The notes: a model not told the origin generated them from the letters alone. A stretch of DNA of 64,000 bases from Candidatus Aminicenantes bacterium (GCA_011772495.1 WVZL01000032.1:13893-77892), one strand, 5' to 3'; counted from the stretch's first letter, positions 49,106 to 59,426 are shown. A program made the numbers and translations.

Positions 49106-50429
49106 AGATACTGTCTCCTCTGAAAAAGTCTACACGGTTTCAGAGATCACCCGGCTGATCAAGCAAGAACTAGAGGGAGCTTTTCCGTTGCTCTGGGTGG
49201 AGGGAGAAATCTCTAATTTTCACCGCCACCACTCGGGTCATCTCTATTTTACCTTGAAGGATGAGGCATGCCAGCTAAAGACAGTCATGTTCCGTTCCGA
49301 AGCCCAGAAAGTCCCTTTCGAAATGAAGGATGGCCTCCAGGTCGTCTCTAGAGGACGCGTAAATGTCTACGAACCAAGAGGAGAATACCAACTTGTCGTT
49401 GAGGTCGTGGAGCCCAAGGGAAAGGGCGCTCTCCAGTTAGCTTTCGAGCAGCTGAAAGAGAAATTGAGCAAGGAAGGCCTCTTTGACTCCAAATTCAAGA
49501 AGAAGCTTCCTCTACTCCCGAAAAAGGTAGGGATTGTCACTTCTCCTCGCGGAGCAGCTATCATCGATATTCTCAGAACTCTGGAAAGAAGGTTTGCTCG
49601 CCTGCACATCCTCATCTATCCTGCCCAAGTCCAGGGTGAGGGAGCTGCTGAGGAGATTGTTGAAGGACTAGATTATTTAGGCAGTCTTGTTGGTCTAGAT
49701 GTCATCATTGTGGGGCGAGGAGGGGGTTCGATTGAAGATTTATGGGCTTTCAACGAAGAAGCCGTAGCCCGGGCGATTTTTCGGTGTCCGGTCCCGGTCA
49801 TTTCTGCAGTTGGTCATGAGATAGACTTCACTATCTCCGATTTTGTGGCAGATATCCGGGCCTCGACTCCTTCAGCGGCTGCGGAGATGGTGATCGAAAA
49901 AGAAGAATCCTTTAGGGAGCTAATCGAGAATTTAGGCCAAAGACTGACTCACCACCAGAAATATTTTTTGCAGGAGCAGAAGCAGGTGGTTTTTAGCCTT
50001 ACTCATCATCGGGTTTTCCAGAACATGAAGGTCAAGCTCTTGAACCTCGAGCAAAAGATTGACGAGTTAGAGATGAAAGCCTGGAGTGTCATAAAAAACA
50101 CCCAGCAGCAGATCGCTGAAGGGAAATCCCGGGCCGTGTTGCTTGAAGAGAAGATGAGGAACATATTGAAAAGAATGCTCCAGCATCTTCAGGCGAAGTG
50201 GGAAAAACTCTCTGCAGAGTTGCACAATTTGAGCCCCCTGAATATACTTAAAAAAGGGTACACTCTCTGCTGGAGAGGCGCTTCTCAGCATCTCATCCGT
50301 AAGATAGAAGAGGTCGAGAAGGATAAAGAAGTCACGGTTTCTTTCTATAAAGGAGAATTCAGCTGTCTGGTTAAAAAAATCGATCAAGCCAAACCTATCA
50401 AATCCCGAGTATTAAAGGAGAAGAGATGA
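49080..50429 (+). CDS. xseA: Exodeoxyribonuclease VII large subunit
   Basis: WVEGEISN, SGHLYFTLKD, RGGGSIEDLWAFN, SAVGHE, TPSAAAE. Start may be slightly downstream. Confidence 0.97.
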   Translation: MPRKKLRIEDTVSSEKVYTVSEITRLIKQELEGAFPLLWVEGEISNFHRHHSGHLYFTLKDEACQLKTVMFRSEAQKVPFEMKDGLQVVSRGRVNVYEPRGEYQLVVEVVEPKGKGALQLAFEQLKEKLSKEGLFDSKFKKKLPLLPKKVGIVTSPRGAAIIDILRTLERRFARLHILIYPAQVQGEGAAEEIVEGLDYLGSLVGLDVIIVGRGGGSIEDLWAFNEEAVARAIFRCPVPVISAVGHEIDFTISDFVADIRASTPSAAAEMVIEKEESFRELIENLGQRLTHHQKYFLQEQKQVVFSLTHHRVFQNMKVKLLNLEQKIDELEMKAWSVIKNTQQQIAEGKSRAVLLEEKMRNILKRMLQHLQAKWEKLSAELHNLSPLNILKKGYTLCWRGASQHLIRKIEEVEKDKEVTVSFYKGEFSCLVKKIDQAKPIKSRVLKEKR

Positions 50430-50716
50430 CCAGCCCGAGCTTTGAAAAAGCTTTAGAAGACTTGGAGAATATCGTCGAAAAGTTAGAAAAAGGAGGGCTT
50501 TCTCTGAATGAGTCATTGGCTCTTTTTGAAAAAGGAGTCAAGTTAGCCAGGTATCTAAGAGACGAACTCGAGAAGGCAGAAAAAAAAGTTGAAATTCTCC
50601 TCAAGGATGAGAAAGGAGAAATCAAAGAAAAACCCTATGACCTTGCTCAGGAAGAGGAGGCTTCAGCTAAAAAAGAGCCTTCGGATCCCGAGAAAGATGA
50701 AGATCTTCCCTTTTAA
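50426..50716 (+). CDS. xseB: Exodeoxyribonuclease VII small subunit
   Basis: FEKALEDLENIVEKLE..LNESLALFEKG. Confidence 0.95.
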   Translation: MTSPSFEKALEDLENIVEKLEKGGLSLNESLALFEKGVKLARYLRDELEKAEKKVEILLKDEKGEIKEKPYDLAQEEEASAKKEPSDPEKDEDLPF

Positions 50717-51580
50717 ATGATGAACGTTCAAGACCAGCTCGCCCAGAAAAAAAAGTCTATCGATAGGGAACTGGAGCGCCTCCTATCTCAGGAGGATTCC
50801 CTGCTTTTCCAGGCCATGAGACATGCAGTGCTTTCTGGAGGAAAGAGATTCAGACCTTTGCTCGCCTTCTCTACAGGAGAGTATTTTGGCGTCGGAGAGG
50901 ATGTCCTTCTCCCCTTTGCCTGTGGATTGGAATTGATCCATAATTATTCGCTTGTCCATGATGATTTACCTCTGCTGGATAATGACGACTTTCGAAGAGG
51001 CCGGCCTTCTTGTCATAAAGCCTTTGGTGAGGATATTGCTCTTTTAGCGGGTGATAGTCTCTTGACTTTAGCTTTTGAAGTCATAGCTCAGGCTCCGGTA
51101 GACAAAAGTCTGGTTCCAGGGAAAGAACGGGTCATCCAGGAAATTAGCCATTTGGTAGGAGCTAAAGGTATGGTCGGAGGGCAGTTGATGGATATCACCC
51201 TGTCTCCAGAGGAGATATCCGAGAAAGACCTTCAGGAGCTTATCCTGAAGAAGACAGGAGCTTTGATCATCGCTTCCATAAAAACAGGGGCCATTCTGGG
51301 CGAGGCCTCAGCTCTGCAGATCGAAGCCCTGGTCGAATACGGACGAAACATAGGTATGGCTTTTCAAATCAGGGATGATATTCGCGATGCCATCGACGAA
51401 GAAGAAAAAAAACACCCACCCCGGCCGAGCTATGTCTTTCTTCATGGGCAGTCAGGGGCAAAAAAAAGACTAAAAAAATTCATTGAAGACGCGATAAAAG
51501 CCTTGGAGAAGGCTTCACTAGAATCAGACGCACTTCACTACTTGGCCCGTAGACTCTTAGACATCAACGGGGACAGCTAA
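50717..51580 (+). CDS. ispA: Polyprenyl (farnesyl/geranylgeranyl) diphosphate synthase
   Basis: GGKRFRP, HDDLP.LDNDDFRRG, GQLMD, KT, FQIRDDIRD. Confidence 0.93.
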   Translation: MMNVQDQLAQKKKSIDRELERLLSQEDSLLFQAMRHAVLSGGKRFRPLLAFSTGEYFGVGEDVLLPFACGLELIHNYSLVHDDLPLLDNDDFRRGRPSCHKAFGEDIALLAGDSLLTLAFEVIAQAPVDKSLVPGKERVIQEISHLVGAKGMVGGQLMDITLSPEEISEKDLQELILKKTGALIIASIKTGAILGEASALQIEALVEYGRNIGMAFQIRDDIRDAIDEEEKKHPPRPSYVFLHGQSGAKKRLKKFIEDAIKALEKASLESDALHYLARRLLDINGDS

Positions 51581-53457
51581 TGAATAGAATTCTTGATAAG
51601 ATCGGAAGTCCTGCCGATTTAAAGAAACTCAAGAAAAGGGAACTTTCTAAGTTAGCAAAGGAGATAAGAGCCTTAATCATCGAGGTTGTCTCAAAAAGCG
51701 GAGGGCACCTCTCATCGAATTTGGGCGTAGTGGATTTGACTATTGCCCTCCATTATGTCTTCGATGCTCCCCGAGATAAGATCATTTGGGACGTTGGCCA
51801 TCAATGTTATCCCCATAAGATTCTAACAGGAAGAAAGGAGAAATTCCGTAACCTCCGCCAATATCAAGGTCTGTGTGGGTTCCCATCTCGGGAGGAAAGC
51901 GAGTATGACGTTTATAACACCGGTCATGCCTCGACAGCTCTTTCTGCCGCCCTGGGAATGGCGGTAGCCCGCAATAAGAAGAAAGAAGATTATCAGGTAG
52001 TGGCCGTTGTCGGAGACGGCAGTTTGACCGGAGGCGTGGCCTGGGAAGCCTTAAACCAGATCGGCCATCACCGCGAAAAAGTGATTATGGTTCTCAATTA
52101 CAACGAGATGTCCATTTCATATAATGTTGGCGCCATGTCTAAATATCTCTCCTATATTGTCACTGGGCAGCATTATTTAAGGATAAAGGACCATGTCAAG
52201 TCTATCCTGAAATCCATTCCTGCTGTAGGCTGGCCGATGATCAAAGTGGCTCGGGCCATGGAGGAGGCCATCAAGAAGATCTTTTTCCCGGGGCTGGTTT
52301 TCGAAGAGCTGGGTGTGCGGTACGTTGGTCCTGTCCAAGGGCATAGTTTGGGATCCTTGATCGAAGTCTTTGAGGATGCTAAAGCTTATAATGGTCCTGT
52401 CCTGATCCACTGTGTCACCCAGAAGGGAAAAGGATATCTTCCAGCCAAGAAAAATCCAGAGAAGTTTCACAGTGCTAGCCCCTTTGATATTCAATCAGGA
52501 AAGCCTGTCAGCACGGATGAAAGACCGACCTATTCTTCCATTTTTGGGCGCACTATGATCAAAATAGCCAAGGAGGATGAGAGGGTGGTGGCCATAACGG
52601 CGGCCATGCCTGATGGGACCGGCCTCAAATCTTTTGCCCAGCAGTACCCGGAGAGATTTTTTGATGTGGGTATAGCTGAACAGCACGCCGTAGATTTTGC
52701 CACTGGCCTAGCTCTCAGTGGTTATAAACCGGTGGTGGCCATTTACTCAACCTTTCTTCAGAGAGCCTATGATCAGCTTTACCACGATGTTTCCTTGATG
52801 GATATCCCAGTCGTGTTTGCTCTGGACCGGGCCGGTGTTGTGCCCGATGATGGTCCTACCCATCAGGGAGTGAATGACATCATTTATCTGCGACATATGC
52901 CTAACATGATCGTCATGGCTCCCAAGGATGAGAATGAACTGCAGCATATGATAAAATCCGCCTTTTCTTATTCCCACCCCTCAGCCGTGCGTTTCCCCAA
53001 GGGGAAAGCGACAGGGCTGTCGATGGATGAAGTCTTAAAGGAAATTCCTCTTGGTCAGAGCGAGCTGCTCAAGGAAGGGCAGGATTTGCTCATAGCCTTC
53101 GGAAGCATGGTCTATCCATGTTTGGAAACAGCCCGAAGGCTGGAAAAGGAAGGAATAAACCTGGCGGTGCTGAACGCAAGGTTTGCCAAACCTTTGGATG
53201 CAGAGATGATACTCCGTTATGCTCAGCCTGGTCGAATGATCATCACGGCCGAAGAGGGCGTTACAGTCGGGGGTTTTGGGAGTGCGGTTCGAGAGCTTTT
53301 GGATAAAGAGAAACGCTTTTCGCTTAGGTTCAAGTGTATCGGTCTCCCTTTGGATGTCTACCCTATGGGAAAAGTGGACCGGATAAAAAAGCAGTGCCTC
53401 TTGGATGAAGAAGGCCTTGTTCAGCAGATAAGAGAATTCTATGAGGAGACAAGATAA
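51580..53457 (+). CDS. dxs: 1-deoxy-D-xylulose-5-phosphate synthase
   Basis: GGHLSSNLG, WDVGHQCYPHK, GDGSLTGG, DVGIAEQH, DRAG..DGPTH. Confidence 0.98.
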   Translation: MNRILDKIGSPADLKKLKKRELSKLAKEIRALIIEVVSKSGGHLSSNLGVVDLTIALHYVFDAPRDKIIWDVGHQCYPHKILTGRKEKFRNLRQYQGLCGFPSREESEYDVYNTGHASTALSAALGMAVARNKKKEDYQVVAVVGDGSLTGGVAWEALNQIGHHREKVIMVLNYNEMSISYNVGAMSKYLSYIVTGQHYLRIKDHVKSILKSIPAVGWPMIKVARAMEEAIKKIFFPGLVFEELGVRYVGPVQGHSLGSLIEVFEDAKAYNGPVLIHCVTQKGKGYLPAKKNPEKFHSASPFDIQSGKPVSTDERPTYSSIFGRTMIKIAKEDERVVAITAAMPDGTGLKSFAQQYPERFFDVGIAEQHAVDFATGLALSGYKPVVAIYSTFLQRAYDQLYHDVSLMDIPVVFALDRAGVVPDDGPTHQGVNDIIYLRHMPNMIVMAPKDENELQHMIKSAFSYSHPSAVRFPKGKATGLSMDEVLKEIPLGQSELLKEGQDLLIAFGSMVYPCLETARRLEKEGINLAVLNARFAKPLDAEMILRYAQPGRMIITAEEGVTVGGFGSAVRELLDKEKRFSLRFKCIGLPLDVYPMGKVDRIKKQCLLDEEGLVQQIREFYEETR

Positions 53458-53558
53458 ACCGTTGGGAAAATGTAGCTCGTGGAGAAGCGCGCCAGGAGAG
53501 ATATCGTTTTCTTGAAGGAGATTGATAAAACCCTTCTCATCATACAGTCGGTAAGATA

Positions 53559-54365
53559 GTGACTCCGAGCATTGTGAAAAAAGAGCGGGCGGATAAAGTC
53601 ATTGTCAGCCGCGGTCTGGCTGATAGCCGCCAACAGGCACAAGCTCTTATCATGGCCGGTTTGGTTTTCGCTGAGGGGCAGAGAGTCGAGAAACCAGGTC
53701 AGAGAATCGAGAATGATCAAGCTCTTCTCATTAAAGAGCGAATGCCTTATGTTAGCCGGGGGGGTCTAAAGCTTGCCGAGGCCTTGGATGTCTTCAATAT
53801 CGCGGTCAAGAGAAAGACGGCAGCTGATTTAGGAGCTTCAACGGGGGGATTCACCGACTGCCTCCTTCAGCGGGGAGCGAGTAGAGTCTATGCCGTTGAT
53901 GTCGATATCCGCCAGATTGACTGGCGCTTAAGAGAGGATAAGCGGGTCATCCCTATCGAGAAGAATGCCCGGTATTTGAAAAAGGAAGATTTTGGAGAAG
54001 AGTTGGATATCGTCACTATGGATTTGTCTTTCATTTCAGTATTGAAAGTCTTGCCCGCGGTGAAGGAATTCTTGAGTGGGGGAAAACTTGTCTCTCTCCT
54101 CAAACCTCAATTCGAGGTCGGCAAGGGCCAGGTAGGTAAGAAAGGAATAGTCAGAGATCCCCGCCTGCACGAAGAGGTCTTGGACAAGATCACAGGTAAA
54201 GCCGATCAAATGGGTTTCAAAGCAGAGGATTTGATGAGAAGTTCGATTCGAGGATCGAAAGGGAATATAGAGTTCTTCATCCTGTGGTCTTTAGGAGGAA
54301 AATCCTTGAGTCAGAGAAGAGTGAAGAGAATAATCAAGGAGGCTGTCTGGAATGAAAAAAATTGA
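53559..54365 (+). CDS. tlyA: TlyA family rRNA methyltransferase
   Basis: S4 domain, YVSRGGLKL, DLGASTGGFTD, KPQFE. Confidence 0.95.
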   Translation: MTPSIVKKERADKVIVSRGLADSRQQAQALIMAGLVFAEGQRVEKPGQRIENDQALLIKERMPYVSRGGLKLAEALDVFNIAVKRKTAADLGASTGGFTDCLLQRGASRVYAVDVDIRQIDWRLREDKRVIPIEKNARYLKKEDFGEELDIVTMDLSFISVLKVLPAVKEFLSGGKLVSLLKPQFEVGKGQVGKKGIVRDPRLHEEVLDKITGKADQMGFKAEDLMRSSIRGSKGNIEFFILWSLGGKSLSQRRVKRIIKEAVWNEKN

Positions 54366-55203
54366 ACGGGCAGGTCTAGTCATAAAACCCCACGCTCCTG
54401 ACATAAAGAAGATTCTCCAGGAGCTCATCCAATATTTGGAGAAGAAGGGTATTGAGTGTGTTTTAGAGGAATTAGCTTCTGATAAACTCAAGAGAAAAGA
54501 GGGAATTAGTCGAGAAGATCTCCCGGACAAAGTTGACTTCGTCGTTGTTCTTGGGGGTGATGGAACCCTTCTCAGCATAGCTCATCTGGCAGCCCAGAAA
54601 CAGGTCCCTGTCTTAGGAGTGAATTTAGGAAGCCTGGGTTTTTTAACCGAAGTGCCTTTGAGTGAGATGTTCTTGGCCCTGGATTCTTTCTTTAAAGGAA
54701 ATGAGAAAATCATAAGCCCCAGGCGATTGTTAAAAGTCAAATCCAAAGGAAAAACCTATTATTGTTTAAATGATGTCGTCATCAACAAAGGAGCCCTGGC
54801 CAGGATGATCCAATTCATTATCTGGATCGATGGCAAAGAGATTGCAACCCTGAGAGCCGATGGATTCATTATCTCGACTCCTACTGGTTCCACAGCCTAT
54901 TCTTTGGCGGCAGGGGGTCCTATCATCAAGCCTTATATACCTGCCATCCTCCTGGCCCCAATCTGTCCTCATACCCTTTCTTTCCGGCCCATGGTCATCT
55001 CTTTAAATTCAAAGATTAAAGTCAAACTTCTTACAGCCGGAGAAGAGGTCTACTTGACCTTAGATGGCCAAAGGGGAAATTTGCTGGTGAAGAATGATAT
55101 CGTGGATATTGAGCGGGCTCCTTTCGAGCTTCAATTGATTTCTTCTCCGAAGAGGAACTATTTTGATCTTTTGCAGGAAAAGCTGGGCTGGGGACAAAAA
55201 TAG
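54352..55203 (+). CDS. nadK: NAD kinase
   Basis: LGGDGT, GSLGFL, ND, DG.IISTPTGSTAYSLAAGGP. Confidence 0.97.
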   Translation: MKKIERAGLVIKPHAPDIKKILQELIQYLEKKGIECVLEELASDKLKRKEGISREDLPDKVDFVVVLGGDGTLLSIAHLAAQKQVPVLGVNLGSLGFLTEVPLSEMFLALDSFFKGNEKIISPRRLLKVKSKGKTYYCLNDVVINKGALARMIQFIIWIDGKEIATLRADGFIISTPTGSTAYSLAAGGPIIKPYIPAILLAPICPHTLSFRPMVISLNSKIKVKLLTAGEEVYLTLDGQRGNLLVKNDIVDIERAPFELQLISSPKRNYFDLLQEKLGWGQK

Positions 55204-55543
55204 GTTTTTGGGAGTGGTTTTGCTCCCGTTCAGATTTTTAACGCCATTCTCCCTTCGGCCTTCTCGGCTGCTGCGTAACTCGCTTCGCTCAGACATACTC
55301 GCAGGTCGACCTGGTCGACTTCCCTCGAAGACCAGCATCGTTACGCAGAAACGATGTTGGGGAAATCCAAGGGGGTATGCCCTCCTTGGTCGCAGAATGC
55401 TTTATGGGGGACGAGAAGGGGAGGCAGCGAGCCGTGAAAAGGAGAAGGCGAGCGTTGGAAGGGGGAAAGCGGAGCTGTTCCCCCTCCAAAGAGAATCGGA
55501 AAGGCTAAACCTGAAAAGTCGCTTCCTCCACTCCCAAAAACCT
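55202..55543. mobile_element. 342-bp highly structured MITE-like element
   Basis: Perfect 16-bp terminal inverted repeat AGGTTTTTGGGAGTGG (55202-55217) / CCACTCCCAAAAACCT (55528-55543); several internal hairpins; no transposase. Confidence 0.65.
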
Positions 55544-55556
55544 TTCCCATAATTTT

Positions 55557-55583
55557 AACTAAATAAACTGAACAAACTAGAAA
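55557..55583. repeat. Three 9-bp units of the AACT-n5 family
   Basis: AACTAAATA AACTGAACA AACTAGAAA, resembling the 10215-10259 array. Confidence 0.5.
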
Positions 55584-55593
55584 TGGGTGTTAT

Positions 55594-55622
55594 TTGACAT
55601 TTTCAAGGCCCGATATTATCAT
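55594..55622 (+). promoter_or_regulatory. Putative sigma70 promoter of glgA-like/trxA/trxB
   Basis: TTGACA, 17-bp spacer, TATCAT, 11 nt before the ATG. Confidence 0.6.
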
Positions 55623-55633
55623 AATTTCCTGCC

Positions 55634-57112
55634 ATGCGTCAGAACCTCAAAGTGATATACGTTTCGGCTGAAGTTTCTCCTTATGCAAAATCCGGCGAAT
55701 TGGCAGATGTAGCCTCATCTCTGCCGAAGTATCTTTCCTCTCTGGGAGTAGAAGTTTCCCTCATCATGCCTAAGTACAGGTTCCCAGAGATTGATTCTCT
55801 CACCAAGGAAATCGTGTTGAGCGGACTCCAAGTTCCCTTGGGAGAAAAGAAGGTTAAGACTTGTGTCTACAAGAGCGAGCTGGGGAAGTATGATATATAT
55901 TTTATCGATAATCCCCAATATTATTGTAGAGAAAATATCTATGGGACCGAAAAGGGGGACTATCTTGATAATGACGAGCGATTTGTTTTTTTCAGCCGGG
56001 CTGTCCTGGAATTCCTCCTCAAGAGCAAAAAGCAGGTTGACCTCATCCACTGCAACAACTGGCCAACTGCTCTGATCCCTGTTTTCCTGAAAACGCATTA
56101 CTCCCAGCGAGCTCTTTTTAAAGATGTGGCCACAGTTTTGACCCTGCATAATGTGGCCTACCAGGGAGAATTCCCTCCTGAAACACTCTCTCTGACAGGA
56201 TTGAATTGGAACTATTTCAAGCCCCAACAACTCTCTTTTGGGGGGAAGTTCAATTTTCTGAAGGCAGGAGTCATTTTTTCAGATGTCCTCAACACTGTCA
56301 GTTCGACCTACAAAAGGGAAATTCAGACCAAAAAGCATGGCTTTGGACTGGAAGGATTGCTGGAGAAAAGGAGAGACGACTTTTTCAGCATTCGCAATGG
56401 TGTCGATTGCGAAACCTGGAATCCAGAGACAGATCCCTATATTATTGCCAATTATTCCCCAGCCAACCTGAAACCTAAGAAAAAGTGCAAACTGGACCTC
56501 ATCGAAGAGTTTGGTCTTCTGCTGACTGTCAGAACTCCTCTGGTGGGTATCATATCTTATCTCAGCTTCCACAAAGGATTTGATTTGTTGATTGATGTTG
56601 CAGATGAATTAATGAAAAGGGATGTTGGCCTGGTGGTCTTAGGCAAGGGGAACGAGAAATATGAGAAAGAGTTCCAGGCCATCATGCGGCGTTATCCTCG
56701 CAAGGTAGGGGTAAAACTGGAAATGAGTCCTGCCTTGGCTCATAAAGTCGCAGCCGGAGCAGACATCCTCCTAGTCCCTTCTCTGTACGAGCCCTGCGGT
56801 CTAAAGCAGATGTATAGTTTTCGCTATGGAACGGTGCCCGTGGTCAGAGCGACGGGCGGATTAGCCGAGACGGTGAGGCCTTTCAGCTACAAGACCGGGA
56901 ACGGGAATGGTTTTGTTTTCAAGGAGTATTCATCTCAAGCTTTGCTTGGGACTTTAAAGGCTGCTTTGAACTGTTACCGGCGTCCTGATCTTTGGAAGAA
57001 GGTCATGGGTAGTGGCCTCAAAGAAAATTTTTCTTGGGAAACCGCAGCCCGCAAATATGTAAGTCTCTACCGAAGAGCTTTGGAAGTCAAAAGAGGAGGT
57101 CAAATTGGCTGA
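55634..57112 (+). CDS. Glycogen/starch synthase-like GT5 protein with altered active-site motifs
   Basis: Full GT5 layout (DNDERF, TLHNVAYQG, NFLKAG, NGVD..WNP.TD, PSLYEPCGL, TGGL) but KSGEL, HCNNW and ISYL instead of KTGGL, H(C/A)HDW and VSRL. Confidence 0.85.
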   Translation: MRQNLKVIYVSAEVSPYAKSGELADVASSLPKYLSSLGVEVSLIMPKYRFPEIDSLTKEIVLSGLQVPLGEKKVKTCVYKSELGKYDIYFIDNPQYYCRENIYGTEKGDYLDNDERFVFFSRAVLEFLLKSKKQVDLIHCNNWPTALIPVFLKTHYSQRALFKDVATVLTLHNVAYQGEFPPETLSLTGLNWNYFKPQQLSFGGKFNFLKAGVIFSDVLNTVSSTYKREIQTKKHGFGLEGLLEKRRDDFFSIRNGVDCETWNPETDPYIIANYSPANLKPKKKCKLDLIEEFGLLLTVRTPLVGIISYLSFHKGFDLLIDVADELMKRDVGLVVLGKGNEKYEKEFQAIMRRYPRKVGVKLEMSPALAHKVAAGADILLVPSLYEPCGLKQMYSFRYGTVPVVRATGGLAETVRPFSYKTGNGNGFVFKEYSSQALLGTLKAALNCYRRPDLWKKVMGSGLKENFSWETAARKYVSLYRRALEVKRGGQIG

Positions 57113-57431
57113 AGATATTGTATCTGTTTCGGACGACACTTTTGAAGAGGAAGTCCTAAAAGCTGAGCTTCCGGTCCTGGTAGATTTTTGGGCAGTTTGG
57201 TGTGCTCCCTGCCATGCTATAATGCCAGCCTTGGAGAGTTTGAGCCAAAATTACAAGGAGAAGATGAAAGTCGTCAAGCTGAATGTTGACGAGAACATGA
57301 AGACGCCCTCCAAGTACGGGATAACCAGCATCCCTACTCTCCTTTTTTTCAAAGAAGGAGAGCTGAAAGAGACCTTGGTGGGGGTTCATTCCCAGGATAA
57401 AATCAAGAAATCTGTAGAGAAGCATCTATGA
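57105..57431 (+). CDS. trxA: Thioredoxin
   Basis: VDFWAVWCAPC, cis-Pro SIPTL; TTG start overlapping the upstream gene's 3' end. Confidence 0.95.
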   Translation: MAEDIVSVSDDTFEEEVLKAELPVLVDFWAVWCAPCHAIMPALESLSQNYKEKMKVVKLNVDENMKTPSKYGITSIPTLLFFKEGELKETLVGVHSQDKIKKSVEKHL

Positions 57432-58354
57432 ATAAAACCTTTGATGTTACCATCATAGGAGCTGGTCCGGCTGGGCTTGCAGCCGCAGTCTATACTGGAC
57501 GAGCCAGGCTCACTACGCTGGTCTTGGAAAAGGGAATGCCGGGCGGACAAATTCTCTTGACCGACTTTGTGGAGAATTATCCTGGCTTTCCTGAGGGAGT
57601 AGTTCCTTTCGAACTCATGGAGAATTTCAAGAAACATGCTGAAAAATTCGGAGCCAAAATAGGAACAGACGAGGTTAAAGAGATACGCAAGAAAGACAAT
57701 CTTTGGAATGTCGTGGGAAATAAGGAAGAATATCTTGCTAAAGCCGTGATTGTCGCCGCTGGGTCAAGTTACAGCAAGCTGGGGGTGCCTAAGGAAGAGG
57801 AGTTGACAGGTAAGGGAGTTTCCTTCTGCGCGACTTGTGATGGAGCTTTCTTCAAGGATAAAGAGGTGGGAGTTGTTGGTGGTGGAGACAACGCTCTTAC
57901 TGAAGCTCTCTTCTTGACAAAATTTTGCCAGAAAGTCACCCTTATCCACCGCCGCGATCAGTTTCGAGCTGAGAAAATCCTCCAGGAAAGGATTGAAGCC
58001 AACGACAAGATAGAGGTTTTATTAAATACGACCGTTCAGGAGATCCAGGGTGAAGACAGATTTGACTCCGTTGTGGTCAAGAATGTCAAGACAAACGAGA
58101 TTTTAGAGCTAAAATTCGATGGACTTTTTGTCTCTATCGGGACTGATCCCAATACTGGTTTTGTGAAAGGATTGCTGGATCTGGATGAGAGGGGCAAAAT
58201 AAAAGTCGGGCCGTCGATGAGGACTTCTCAGCCCGGAATTTTCGCGGCCGGAGATGTGACCAATGCCTGTCCAGAACAGATGGCCGTGGCCGTGGGCAGC
58301 GGAGTGATTGCTGCCTTATCGGTAGATGAATATATAAGTAACCTCGAGTCATAG
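57428..58354 (+). CDS. trxB: Thioredoxin reductase
   Basis: GAGPAG, VENYPGF, CATCD, GGGDNA..EA, HRRD, FAAGD. Confidence 0.97.
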   Translation: MNKTFDVTIIGAGPAGLAAAVYTGRARLTTLVLEKGMPGGQILLTDFVENYPGFPEGVVPFELMENFKKHAEKFGAKIGTDEVKEIRKKDNLWNVVGNKEEYLAKAVIVAAGSSYSKLGVPKEEELTGKGVSFCATCDGAFFKDKEVGVVGGGDNALTEALFLTKFCQKVTLIHRRDQFRAEKILQERIEANDKIEVLLNTTVQEIQGEDRFDSVVVKNVKTNEILELKFDGLFVSIGTDPNTGFVKGLLDLDERGKIKVGPSMRTSQPGIFAAGDVTNACPEQMAVAVGSGVIAALSVDEYISNLES

Positions 58355-58361
58355 TCGAGAG

Positions 58362-59426
58362 TTACTTGGACTTTATCATTCTTTCTAATTCTTCAATTTT
58401 TGTCTTCAAGGATTTCACTGTTTTAAGCAGCTCGGGGATTTGAGGCAGTGAGGCTACGATTTTCATGTATTTTCTGATATCCAACTGAGGGCTTCCGCCG
58501 ACAATGGTCCCGGCCGGAAGGTCTTTCATAATTCCTGCCTGGGCTGCCATCTGAACGTTGTCCCCGATGTTCAAATGATCAGCCACCCCGGCTTGGCCTC
58601 CCATTACGACCTTCTTCCCCAGCTTTGAACTGCCGGCTATTCCTGCCTGCCCGGCCAGGAAGCTGTTCTCTCCGATTTCAACGTTATGGGCGACTTGAAC
58701 GAGGTTGTCTATCTTAGTGCCCTTCTTGATGATCGTTTCTCCTAAGGCAGCGCGGTCTATGGCGGTATTGGCTCCGATTTCCACCTTGTCTTCGATTATG
58801 ACTGTTCCTGTTTGAGGGATTTTTACAGGGGAGCCGGCTTTATCCTGAAGATAGCCAAATCCGTCAGAGCCGATCACAGCTCCATTGTGAACGATGACCT
58901 CATTCCCTAGGCGGACCCCTTCTCGAAGAGAAACGCCAGAATGGATAACAGTGCGCTCTCCGATTTTTACCTTAGGATAAACAGCCACTAAGGGAAAGAT
59001 GATACTTTGGGCGCCAATTTCTGCTTCTTCTCCTATGTAAGAGTAGGCACCGATGGAAACATCTTTTCCGATTTTGGCTGATAAAGAAACAAAGGCCGTA
59101 GGATGGATTCCGGGCCTAGGGAGATACTGCTGGTAGAAAAATTCGACACCCTTGATGAAGGCTAGATAAGGATTCTCGGATCGAATGACAGGGATCCTGT
59201 CGAATTTTTCATCGGCGGGAATGATGACCGCTGAGGCCTTGGTTTTTTCTAAGTATGGACGATATTGGCGGTGTGACAGAAAGGAAAACTCACCTTTTTG
59301 AGCCCTTTCTAAGCTGTTGAAGCCATGGATTTCTGTGCTTCCTTCTCCTTCAAAAGGGCAGTTCAGGAGCCGGGCTAATTCTTTGACTGTCATCCTTGGC
59401 GGATGGCTTTTAGGTTGCTTTTTCAT
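58362..59426 (-). CDS. lpxD: UDP-3-O-acyl-glucosamine N-acyltransferase
   Basis: Hexapeptide repeats, [25 protein letters not shown]. Confidence 0.97.
   Translation of the reverse strand: MKKQPKSHPPRMTVKELARLLNCPFEGEGSTEIHGFNSLERAQKGEFSFLSHRQYRPYLEKTKASAVIIPADEKFDRIPVIRSENPYLAFIKGVEFFYQQYLPRPGIHPTAFVSLSAKIGKDVSIGAYSYIGEEAEIGAQSIIFPLVAVYPKVKIGERTVIHSGVSLREGVRLGNEVIVHNGAVIGSDGFGYLQDKAGSPVKIPQTGTVIIEDKVEIGANTAIDRAALGETIIKKGTKIDNLVQVAHNVEIGENSFLAGQAGIAGSSKLGKKVVMGGQAGVADHLNIGDNVQMAAQAGIMKDLPAGTIVGGSPQLDIRKYMKIVASLPQIPELLKTVKSLKTKIEELERMIKSK

Noticed and set aside
55163..55552. 129-aa ORF as a small gene or transposase
   Set aside because: It spans the palindromic element, overlaps nadK and has no recognisable motifs.
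57105..58354. Selenocysteine recoding linked to the SelB-like gene
   Set aside because: TrxA (WCAPC) and TrxB (CATC) use Cys, and I found no in-frame TGA at a redox site in the window.
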